In this document: positions 1 through 7,172 of the stretch, piece by piece
How the letters are laid out: each line of letters starts with the position of its first letter
How positions within the stretch are numbered: position 1 is the first letter of the stretch
Sequence record: MT446392.1
Strand: one strand, 5' to 3'
Length of the DNA: 64,000 nt
Origin: Escherichia virus TH15
Program-made: the position numbers and the translations under genes
The notes under the pieces: model-generated
The model's database searches: none
What the model was told of the DNA's origin: nothing
What the model saw: the letters and a program-made list of their open reading frames with translations, nothing else

Positions 1-4
1 TAAA

Positions 5-385
5 ATGTATAAAGTGTACGCGGATTATCAGGCAAACCCATCTGACAAACCAGAATGTCAAATTGGGTGGGCGCATGACACCCTGCTTGAAGCGGTAGAT
101 AACGCCCAGAAATTAGGATATAGTTACGTAGATATTGTTCAACCATCTGGAACGGTTATTACTCTTGAAGAATTCAAGAATATCAAAACAAACTTTTTAC
201 TCTTTGCTGGCGATAGCTATTATCCCCGGGGCGGTTATGCAGACCTAATCGCAAAAGCCGCTACCGAAGATGAACTGCGTGATATCATTAAAGAAAACGA
301 GAATAAGCCTCAATATGGTTCTAACCGTTTTGACTGGTGGCAGATTGTTAATGCCAATACTCATACTATTGTTGATGAAGGTTGA
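5..385 (+). CDS. hypothetical protein
   Basis: 126-aa ATG ORF; stop overlaps start region of next gene. Confidence 0.55.
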   Translation: MYKVYADYQANPSDKPECQIGWAHDTLLEAVDNAQKLGYSYVDIVQPSGTVITLEEFKNIKTNFLLFAGDSYYPRGGYADLIAKAATEDELRDIIKENENKPQYGSNRFDWWQIVNANTHTIVDEG

Positions 386-387
386 TT

Positions 388-864
388 ATGAATATTAAAT
401 TTGGTCAGACCATCCCTAAAGGTTATGTGATTGAAATTGAAACCTGGGAAAATGATGGTGACAACTATAAAACCCAGACAATATTTGGTGTAGAAGAACA
501 AGAAATCCAGCAGTACAAATATATCCTGGAACTTTTTCAAGGCTCTCATTGTAACTATCCAGATAAATGTGGTAATTCAGAATGGGACGTAGTTAAAGAC
601 TTTCTTATCGCACACATTGAATCTGGTGTAAAATCTGGTCAATTAACTCCTGAATTCATTAACAAAACACTTTGTATTGAAAATCTGGAAAACCTGGTTG
701 AAGGTGACAACGGCCAGGAATTTGAATTATTGTGTTCTCTCCAGGAATTGCTGGGCGAGCCGGTGGAATATGATAGCGTTTTGCGCGTAGTTTCGTGGGT
801 AAAATTATACATCATCGAAGAAGAAATCCAAATACCAAACGTTAAAGCACTTAATATGCTTTAA
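388..864 (+). CDS. hypothetical protein
   Basis: Track start 382 is TTG; ATG at 388 follows GAAGG SD. Confidence 0.55.
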   Translation: MNIKFGQTIPKGYVIEIETWENDGDNYKTQTIFGVEEQEIQQYKYILELFQGSHCNYPDKCGNSEWDVVKDFLIAHIESGVKSGQLTPEFINKTLCIENLENLVEGDNGQEFELLCSLQELLGEPVEYDSVLRVVSWVKLYIIEEEIQIPNVKALNML

Positions 865-942
865 GAGTTATGTGTTATTATTAATAAGTACCCTCTATTA
901 CCAAAGGTTCTTCCCTCAAAGAACCTCTCATAATAGAATTAA

Positions 943-1016
943 GGCCCTGTAGCTGGACGGTCAAGCGAGCGACTCATAATCGCTGGATGGTGGTTCGATT
1001 CCACCCAGGGCCACCA
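943..1016 (+). tRNA. tRNA, anticodon CAT (Met or lysidine-type Ile)
   Basis: Cloverleaf: acceptor GGCCCTG/CAGGGCC, anticodon stem AGCGA/TCGCT loop CTCATAA, T-arm GGTGG-TTCGATT-CCACC, encoded CCA. Confidence 0.85.
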
Positions 1017-1150
1017 AACTTATTTTAAATTATCATGGCGATAGGTATTGTAGATGCGGTTCGATTCCGTCCGGGGTAAGTGCCCTAGCATGCTTGGAGC
1101 ATGAGTGACTTAATATTGGTGGTTCGAGTCCACCCCGCTATGAACAAACA

Positions 1151-1226
1151 CGAGGCATAGCTCAGAAGGAAGAGCAAGGACCTTCTAAGTCCTAGGTCGT
1201 AGGTTCGATTCCTACTGTCTCGACCA
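1151..1226 (+). tRNA. tRNA-Arg, anticodon TCT
   Basis: Acceptor CGAGGCA/TGTCTCG, D-arm AGCTCAG, anticodon stem AGGAC/GTCCT loop CTTCTAA, T-arm GTAGG-TTCGATT-CCTAC, CCA. Confidence 0.85.
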
Positions 1227-1540
1227 AACAAGAAACCGGGTCGCTACCGGTAAGTCGTCGGACTGAAGTTCCCTGTTTAAGGACTGACATTAATAAATCT
1301 TTATGTTTTGTTAATGACCCCTTATCTCACAGCTGAAACGGCGCACCTAATTATCGATTCGAGGAAATATCTTTGCCGTAAGCCGAGTGGCGTTTTTGAC
1401 GGAACGTTCGGATATGGTCGAGATATGGCCTTTTAAAAATATTGAGTAGCGTCAACTACTTGATAACCGGGTTCGAATCCCGGCGTATCGTACAAACACT
1501 TGCCTAGCAGGTGGAACCCCGACAAGGTTACCCTAGGTTA

Positions 1541-1571
1541 AAGCCCCTCCCGAAAGGTTGGGGCTTTTTTA
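1541..1571 (+). terminator. rho-independent terminator after tRNA cluster
   Basis: GC stem AGCCCC/GGGGCT then T6. Confidence 0.6.
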
Positions 1572-1577
1572 TAAATA
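1570..1577 (+). promoter_or_regulatory. T4-type late promoter TATAAATA
   Basis: Exact TATAAATA ~27 nt upstream of ATG 1604. Confidence 0.45.
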
Positions 1578-1603
1578 TAACGTACCCATAACTAAGGAAA
1601 TTT

Positions 1604-2158
1604 ATGAAACTTTTAAAATATCTAAGCTGGATTCTGTTAGTGCCACTGGATTTCATTTCAATGATTCTGGCTGTTATCCTTGCACCATTTGTAGTGCCGT
1701 TCCATAACAAAAAGACTGGTAAGCTTCCGTTCGGATTTGACTGGATGATGACATACGATAATCCAATTGATGGTGACCGTGGTCATGTTAAACGTTGGGA
1801 AAAAATCAGAAAATGGCCGTTAGGTGTTTACTTCCAGCGAGTGGCCTGGCTCTGGCGAAATAAAGCCTACAATTTTGCTTATCATAAGCTGGGTCGCGAT
1901 TGCGATTCTAAATTCCATTATAAAGGTAATCCTGATGTTGAATCGGGCTCCCCGGATAAAGCTCACCATGGCTGGCTCTGGATGTGGAATGATAATGCAT
2001 GGGGCGTGTTCGCTTCCGTACCTTATCTTAAAGTTGGTGGAATCACCTTTTATCTGCGCGTGTATTGCGGTTGGAAGCTCAAAAGTCTTCTGTCCCGTCC
2101 TATCCCGAAAGCTATGTTAGCCTTTCATATCAATCCCTTCCGTTTTTATAAGAACTAA
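1604..2158 (+). CDS. hypothetical membrane-anchored protein
   Basis: 184-aa ORF, N-terminal hydrophobic helix, AAGGAAA SD. Confidence 0.6.
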   Translation: MKLLKYLSWILLVPLDFISMILAVILAPFVVPFHNKKTGKLPFGFDWMMTYDNPIDGDRGHVKRWEKIRKWPLGVYFQRVAWLWRNKAYNFAYHKLGRDCDSKFHYKGNPDVESGSPDKAHHGWLWMWNDNAWGVFASVPYLKVGGITFYLRVYCGWKLKSLLSRPIPKAMLAFHINPFRFYKN

Positions 2159-2162
2159 TCGA

Positions 2163-2186
2163 ACCCGCTCCGGCGGGTTTATTTTT
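2163..2186 (+). terminator. rho-independent terminator
   Basis: Stem ACCCGC/GCGGGT then T-rich run. Confidence 0.55.
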
Positions 2187-2205
2187 AATATTTCTTCAAA
2201 AAGTA

Positions 2206-2235
2206 GTGTACATCCGGATTGACCGGGTGCATAAT
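2206..2235 (+). promoter_or_regulatory. T4-type early promoter
   Basis: -35 GTGTACA, 17-nt spacer, -10 CATAAT; A-rich upstream. Confidence 0.6.
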
Positions 2236-2285
2236 GATTCCATACTGAGTTACACACTGAATCACAAAAACTTTGGAGAAATAAA

Positions 2286-2711
2286 ATGAACTTTCTGACC
2301 CTGACCTCTGCATTCTCTGTTACCCGCATCACTAACAAAATGGTTGCTGATGAAGTATGTGAAATCTGCATTCGTGAAGATGCACTTATCCATCTGACTT
2401 CAACCCAAATTGTTGCCATCGCCAAGTCCCTTAATTCTGAACTGAAGGTAAACACCAAACAGTCAAAAGAATCCATCATTGAATTAATCCAAGCTGAAAT
2501 GATTGAATTCCCAATTGAAGAAGTTAAAGAAGAAAAAATCCAGTCCAAATCTGGTAACGCCCGTGACATTTGCTTCCAGGCATTTGCAGAAATTGATATG
2601 AATGATAATGCAGCTCGTCGCGCTCTGATTGATGACCTGGTTACTACCCATGATATCAAAAAGACTGTTGTTCAGTCTTATGCTTCCAACTTCCGCAAAG
2701 CTCAAAAATAA
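2286..2711 (+). CDS. hypothetical protein (paralog of 2795..3238)
   Basis: 141 aa; C-terminal NxAARRALID...VQSYASNFRK shared with next gene. Confidence 0.6.
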   Translation: MNFLTLTSAFSVTRITNKMVADEVCEICIREDALIHLTSTQIVAIAKSLNSELKVNTKQSKESIIELIQAEMIEFPIEEVKEEKIQSKSGNARDICFQAFAEIDMNDNAARRALIDDLVTTHDIKKTVVQSYASNFRKAQK

Positions 2712-2722
2712 TTGAGAAAAGT

Positions 2723-2752
2723 GTTTTACTTCCAAGTGGGATAGTGTATAAT
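2723..2752 (+). promoter_or_regulatory. T4-type early promoter
   Basis: -35 GTTTTACT, -10 TATAAT, followed by conserved leader. Confidence 0.55.
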
Positions 2753-2794
2753 TATCCCATACTGAGTTACCAAATAAACAAACGGGATAATAAA

Positions 2795-3238
2795 ATGAAA
2801 ACTTCAAAACTGGTTAAGTACGTTAAACTGGCATTAAACAACTCTTCTGAAGCTGAAGCGCAATCCGCAGCGCGTATGTTCTTCAAACGTCTGACAGCTG
2901 AAGGTATTTCATTTAACCCGGCAGTATTTGGTATCACTCGTGGCGAAGCTGCTAAACTGGCAACTCTGGCAGGTAAAATTTTTAAAGGTCTGAATGATGG
3001 ACAGGTTAAACCAGAAGTTAAACCTACTCCTAAAGCTGAACCAAAAGCTGAGTGTAAGGCACCTAAACGCTCCGGTATGAGCAACAAAGATTTATGCTAT
3101 GATATGTTCAAAACTGTTAATATGTCTAATGGTGCTGCTCGCAGAGCTGTTATTGATATGATTGTGCGTGAGTTTGGATTCAACAAAGCATCAGTTCAAT
3201 CTTATGCTTCCAACTTCCGCAAAGAATTTGAAATTTAA
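2795..3238 (+). CDS. hypothetical protein (paralog of 2286..2711)
   Basis: ATG at 2795 after GGGATAATAAA; track ATG 2744 lies inside promoter. Confidence 0.6.
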   Translation: MKTSKLVKYVKLALNNSSEAEAQSAARMFFKRLTAEGISFNPAVFGITRGEAAKLATLAGKIFKGLNDGQVKPEVKPTPKAEPKAECKAPKRSGMSNKDLCYDMFKTVNMSNGAARRAVIDMIVREFGFNKASVQSYASNFRKEFEI

Positions 3239-3245
3239 TTCAAAA

Positions 3246-3265
3246 AGGGGGTATACAAGCCCCCT
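3246..3265 (+). terminator. GC hairpin (terminator-like) containing a promoter -35
   Basis: Stem AGGGGG/CCCCCT, 8-nt loop holding GTATACA. Confidence 0.5.
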
Positions 3266-3280
3266 GCTTTAAGGCATAAT
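3251..3280 (+). promoter_or_regulatory. T4-type early promoter embedded in hairpin
   Basis: -35 GTATACA in hairpin loop, 17-nt spacer, -10 CATAAT. Confidence 0.55.
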
Positions 3281-3319
3281 GATTCCATACTGAGTTACCA
3301 AATAAAACTGGAGAATAAA

Positions 3320-3625
3320 ATGAAATTCATCATCAACCTGGCGCTTGTTGACTTTGATAAAACTGGTAATTTCGCATCTGCTGAAAATATGATTCGCAAC
3401 ACTAAGTTCAAAGTGCAAGTCCAGCAGGCGGTAGCAAAAGAGTTCTTTACTGATAAATTAACCCACGTTGTCAATCACCTGAATGTGCAAGTTAAATTCA
3501 CTCGTAAAGCAGAAACTACAGTTGAATTTGATTTTGAATGTCGTTACCATGATGAATATGTTCGCCGCATCCTTAATATTGTATCTGATGAACTTTACTA
3601 TGGTGTGCAGGAAAACAAAATCTAA
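3320..3625 (+). CDS. hypothetical protein
   Basis: 101-aa ORF with GGAGAATAAA SD. Confidence 0.55.
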   Translation: MKFIINLALVDFDKTGNFASAENMIRNTKFKVQVQQAVAKEFFTDKLTHVVNHLNVQVKFTRKAETTVEFDFECRYHDEYVRRILNIVSDELYYGVQENKI

Positions 3626-3629
3626 ATCA

Positions 3630-3659
3630 GTGTACGCTTTAACGGGAACATGATAGTAT
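3630..3659 (+). promoter_or_regulatory. possible early promoter
   Basis: -35 GTGTACG, 17-nt spacer, weak -10 TAGTAT; overlaps 8-bp inverted repeat GGGAACAT/ATGTTCCC. Confidence 0.35.
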
Positions 3660-3701
3660 GTTCCCTGGATAATAAAACATTAACCAACTGAAGGAAATAC
3701 C

Positions 3702-4295
3702 ATGAATACTTTAAAGAAACTTGTTGAATTCATCCGCTCCAAACTGGGTACTGCAATGGCACAAAACCTGTCTATTGAAGACCAATATACTAAAGCGGCA
3801 ACAACCCTGATTGACAAGATTACTGAGCTCCAGACTGCCCACGTTAAGTCTGTTAATGAAGAAAAACGCATCCGCGAGTTAGCGAATGAAAAAGACCAGC
3901 TCGCTGCTTCAAAAGAGCGTGAAATCCGTAAACTGATTGCTGATGGTGCTGATGTTCAGGTCCATGCTAAACTAGGTCTCCTGTATCGCCACACGGCTAA
4001 ACAACTTCGTAAGAAGGCAGATGATTATGTTGAAATGCGTAATGAAATTAAATTGAAAGTTAAAGAGCTGGATGATTCTCGTCAGGAACTAGCTGTTAAA
4101 CTGGAATACATCCGCGAAACTCGTAAGGTATCTGCCCTGGGTATTGCGACTGCAGATGATGTTGTTGAAATCGCTGCATTGACTAAGATTGATATTGAAG
4201 ACACTCTGATGCGTGTTGAAACCTTCAAAGGCCCACAGGTTGGTGTGGATACCACATCCGCTGACATTGAAGAATACATCAATTCACTTAAGTAA
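3702..4295 (+). CDS. hypothetical coiled-coil protein
   Basis: 197 aa, charged heptad-rich sequence, AAGGAAA SD. Confidence 0.6.
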   Translation: MNTLKKLVEFIRSKLGTAMAQNLSIEDQYTKAATTLIDKITELQTAHVKSVNEEKRIRELANEKDQLAASKEREIRKLIADGADVQVHAKLGLLYRHTAKQLRKKADDYVEMRNEIKLKVKELDDSRQELAVKLEYIRETRKVSALGIATADDVVEIAALTKIDIEDTLMRVETFKGPQVGVDTTSADIEEYINSLK

Positions 4296-4301
4296 GATAA
4301 A

Positions 4302-4318
4302 AGGGGGCTTTGCCCCCT
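4302..4318 (+). terminator. GC hairpin, weak terminator
   Basis: Stem GGGGGC/GCCCCC loop TTT; no strong T-run. Confidence 0.4.
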
Positions 4319-4338
4319 AATTGGGAGAGGAGAATATT

Positions 4339-4893
4339 ATGACTTCATACGATAATCTTATATCAAATGTAGAATGGTTTGGCGGCAGTGGTCTTGCCAC
4401 TGAAACTAATACAGTTCTTTATAGAATCCGTGGTGACCTAGGTTATTCCAATGATTTCTTAAGAAGAACAACTAGTCGGGGCGATACTACCAAATTACCT
4501 TTTATTTTTGCTTTGGCTGAAGACCTTTCTTTCGCAGATGCCTTGGAAATTATTGACGTGAATCTGGGCATTCAACGAGTGGAATTCGCTGGACTACGTT
4601 ATTCAGTGTATGCATTAAACGACCCTAGCGATTATAGACAACTTATTGATGCAGACGATGATTATCATTTAGTGTGTTATTTGATGTTAGAAAATGGTGA
4701 CCACTTTGGAATGGTTGACCGCCGTCCAACTTACTCTGATATTAAAAATTATGATAAAGATGAGCTTACTATTTTGGCTGCTGAGTATACATCAGAGAGT
4801 CGTAAGCAACAACGGAAGCTTAATCGTTTTATTACTGAATGTCGTGAATATGCTAAAGGGGTTCAAAATGCGAACGCTATATCTGCCAAGTAA
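4339..4893 (+). CDS. hypothetical protein, C-terminal FITECR tail
   Basis: Track start 4321 is TTG; ATG 4339 after GGAGAGGAG SD. Confidence 0.55.
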   Translation: MTSYDNLISNVEWFGGSGLATETNTVLYRIRGDLGYSNDFLRRTTSRGDTTKLPFIFALAEDLSFADALEIIDVNLGIQRVEFAGLRYSVYALNDPSDYRQLIDADDDYHLVCYLMLENGDHFGMVDRRPTYSDIKNYDKDELTILAAEYTSESRKQQRKLNRFITECREYAKGVQNANAISAK

Positions 4894-5227
4894 ACCAGAA
4901 AAATTTGTATACGCGGACAAGATTGATAAAGACCTTATGCCTCCATTTGGAGCTTTGTCCATGTGCATCGTTGGGGTTATAATGATGGTGCTTTGTGGGG
5001 ATATGGATATCATTAGTGTCGGAGTCGCCTGGACACTAATAATCGCAACTCCTTTTATTACAGTCCTGAGTATGATTTTGATAAATGTGTGGCATCAAAA
5101 TCATATGAATAAAGGATATCGTGGACGAGTTAAAGAGTGGGAACAAAAATGTGTTTCCCTACAAAAAGAGCACAAAATTAAATGTGCAGAAGAATTTATC
5201 AAGGAGGTTCGCAATGGAACGGCCTAG
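4868..5227 (+). CDS. hypothetical membrane protein, C-terminal FIKEV tail
   Basis: ATG 4868 after AAAGGGG SD; hydrophobic helices; overlaps upstream gene end. Confidence 0.5.
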   Translation: MRTLYLPSKPEKFVYADKIDKDLMPPFGALSMCIVGVIMMVLCGDMDIISVGVAWTLIIATPFITVLSMILINVWHQNHMNKGYRGRVKEWEQKCVSLQKEHKIKCAEEFIKEVRNGTA

Positions 5228-5567
5228 TCTTGCACTACATGTTTATCAATTGGCTGAATATGATATTGGTGCCAATTTATTATTAGGGATTGTTACCGCT
5301 ATGCTCGGGGGCTTGGTTGGCCTGGTAATGACCACAGTTATGGCTGCAATCGAGGGAGTCATGCCTATTGAGATGGGCTTCTTTATGATAATTGCTCCGG
5401 CTGTTGTAGCCTATTTTATCCCGGTTGTGTATGATATCTGTCACACAAACACCTTGAATGCTCCCATCCGTAAGAGATACGCTTTGGCAATGGCTGAGTA
5501 TAATAAGTTCCTGGACAAAACAAAACGTAATGAACTTGAAACCTTTATTAAGGAATGTAAATCATGA
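5214..5567 (+). CDS. hypothetical membrane protein, C-terminal FIKECK tail
   Basis: ATG 5214 after AAGGAGG SD; hydrophobic helices. Confidence 0.55.
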   Translation: MERPSLALHVYQLAEYDIGANLLLGIVTAMLGGLVGLVMTTVMAAIEGVMPIEMGFFMIIAPAVVAYFIPVVYDICHTNTLNAPIRKRYALAMAEYNKFLDKTKRNELETFIKECKS

Positions 5568-5854
5568 ATAAAATTGAAATCGCTATCCCTAAGTATTATG
5601 ATGAGAAATCTGCAGAAAAAGCTATCTATTCTCTTCTAAATAAGACTTCTGAAATTGAAACACATTGTGAAGAAATCGCTGATGAATATGGCATTGAATT
5701 CAGCACCGGCGATTACGGCACAGGTCGTACATACCACCCAGTCGGTTATGAATGCTCTGAATGGTTTACCCATCATATTGAAGCCAATGGCGGTCGGGTT
5801 GAAAATGGTGTTGTTACCGTTGGTGCTTGGGTCTCCTCTTCTGAGATGTGTTAA
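5564..5854 (+). CDS. small protein, WVSSSxxC-tail family member 1
   Basis: 96 aa; ends GAWVSSSEMC; ATGA overlap with upstream gene. Confidence 0.55.
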   Translation: MNKIEIAIPKYYDEKSAEKAIYSLLNKTSEIETHCEEIADEYGIEFSTGDYGTGRTYHPVGYECSEWFTHHIEANGGRVENGVVTVGAWVSSSEMC

Positions 5855-5863
5855 GGAAATGGT

Positions 5864-6145
5864 ATGATGAACGATTACAGTAAAAATAAAGAACTGGCCA
5901 ACGCAGTAAACGAAATCCATAAAGCTATTCGGCGCGCCGAGGAAATTGCAGACAAATATGAGACTCATTTTAATATATACCCTGCTCGCGGTATGGGCGG
6001 TGACTATTATTCTCCTGGCGCCTTGAAAGCTGACCTTGCTCATTGGGAAAACTACGGTGAAGCCCAATACGCCATTGTTAACCAACATGACTACACAACG
6101 GACCTTGAAAAAGGTGGTTGGGTTTCCTCTTCTTCTGAATGTTAA
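5864..6145 (+). CDS. small protein, WVSSSxxC-tail family member 2
   Basis: 93 aa; ends GGWVSSSSEC; TAAGGAA stop-SD junction. Confidence 0.55.
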   Translation: MMNDYSKNKELANAVNEIHKAIRRAEEIADKYETHFNIYPARGMGGDYYSPGALKADLAHWENYGEAQYAIVNQHDYTTDLEKGGWVSSSSEC

Positions 6146-6153
6146 GGAATTAT

Positions 6154-6351
6154 ATGTCCCGTGAATTAGATTGTGCAATCCGTACTGCTGCGGCAGCTAT
6201 TGAAAACGTTATCCAGATTTGCAAAGAAGAACGCGAAGAAGCTGATATCTATATTGACGGTCAGCGTAATCTGGAACAACATATTACGCTTTATAATGGT
6301 TGTATTACTATTAGTGGTACCTCTTGGGTGTCCTCCTCTTACGAATGCTAA
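6154..6351 (+). CDS. small protein, WVSSSxxC-tail family member 3
   Basis: ATG 6154 after TAAGGAA; ends TSWVSSSYEC. Confidence 0.55.
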   Translation: MSRELDCAIRTAAAAIENVIQICKEEREEADIYIDGQRNLEQHITLYNGCITISGTSWVSSSYEC

Positions 6352-6359
6352 GGAAATAA

Positions 6360-6587
6360 ATGACTACTAAAACTGTTAAAGAAATTGAAGACCAAATCCG
6401 TGCACTAATCTGTGAAGGTGAACAGCTGGCCGATAAAACTGGTGAATACTTTCATGTATATGCTGACAGTCTTCAACGATATATTCCTGCGGGCTGTCCA
6501 GAATATGAAGAATATGACTGGATTCGCGGTGATTATGGTATCCCAGAAGGTAAAGGTTTCTGGTACACCTCCTCTATGTCTTGCTAA
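6360..6587 (+). CDS. small protein, WxSSxxC-tail family member 4
   Basis: 75 aa; ends GFWYTSSMSC; TAAGGAA junction. Confidence 0.55.
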   Translation: MTTKTVKEIEDQIRALICEGEQLADKTGEYFHVYADSLQRYIPAGCPEYEEYDWIRGDYGIPEGKGFWYTSSMSC

Positions 6588-6596
6588 GGAATAAAA

Positions 6597-6821
6597 ATGT
6601 CTGATATTAATGAATTAGAAAAAGCAGCTCTTGAACTGGCTGCGCTGTATAAGAAAGTTAAAGATATGGCTTCTGCTCAAGATTTCGGTATTGAGCTCGA
6701 TGATTATGATGGCGAAGTTCGTCTTGAAGACTGGTTGAACAGCTCTTGTTATGGTGAAGAAGCTGGTCGAACCTTCGTTGCTCACCCGGATGGTAAAATC
6801 TGGTACCCGAGCAGCTGCTAA
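6597..6821 (+). CDS. small protein, WxSSC-tail family member 5
   Basis: 74 aa; ends KIWYPSSC; TAAGGAA junction. Confidence 0.55.
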   Translation: MSDINELEKAALELAALYKKVKDMASAQDFGIELDDYDGEVRLEDWLNSSCYGEEAGRTFVAHPDGKIWYPSSC

Positions 6822-6865
6822 AATTATCACAAGGATGTGATAGGAGGACTTATGCACAAGATTTA

Positions 6866-6895
6866 GTATACAAGTCTAAAGAAACATAGTATCAT
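6866..6895 (+). promoter_or_regulatory. T4-type early promoter
   Basis: -35 GTATACA, 17-nt spacer, -10 TATCAT. Confidence 0.5.
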
Positions 6896-6923
6896 TATCT
6901 CGTCAACTAATGAGGAAATCAAT

Positions 6924-7154
6924 ATGTGGTATTACGCCCCAATGGCTGATGAGCCTGTGAAAATTAGTCGCGCTAAGTTTACAAAGATTTACGGCCTCGT
7001 TTATAAGAAGTCTGATTACGGTGTTCGTTTTGAAGATGCACACTGTATCAACGACCCTTATAATGAAGACCTCTATGGCAAATTGGTTCCTATCGTTAAG
7101 GGGTCCGCCTCTGAGATGATAGATGAATCTAATATCTCTGCTGCTGAAATTTAA
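6924..7154 (+). CDS. hypothetical protein
   Basis: 76-aa ORF after TGAGGAAA SD. Confidence 0.5.
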   Translation: MWYYAPMADEPVKISRAKFTKIYGLVYKKSDYGVRFEDAHCINDPYNEDLYGKLVPIVKGSASEMIDESNISAAEI

Positions 7155-7172
7155 GTTACTGAGGAAAATATT

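Noticed and set aside
382-387. Track start codons taken at face value (for example 382, 4321, 30470, 47598)
   Set aside because: These are TTG or GTG codons without Shine-Dalgarno; the first downstream ATG with a ribosome-binding site was used instead.
1055-1142. Additional tRNAs at the T-arm-like motifs near 1057, 1118 and 1467
   Set aside because: No complementary acceptor stem at the required distance for type I or type II tRNAs; kept only as a finding.
1824-2120. + strand ORFs in alternative frames inside annotated genes (for example 1824..2120, 5655..5867, 6173..6370, 20128..20361, 42768..43031)
   Set aside because: They are nested in stronger ORFs, lack ribosome-binding sites, and several start at GTG/TTG.
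2117-2659. Minus-strand ORFs overlapping + strand genes (for example 2117..2659, 5636..6178, 44284..44925, 46768..47439)
   Set aside because: They lie antisense to genes with strong homology or clear ribosome-binding sites and look like low-complexity shadow frames.
3265-3280. MotA box TGCTTTA at 3265 as a middle promoter
   Set aside because: Only 3 nt separate it from the -10; the -35 GTATACA at 17-nt spacing gives a better early promoter.
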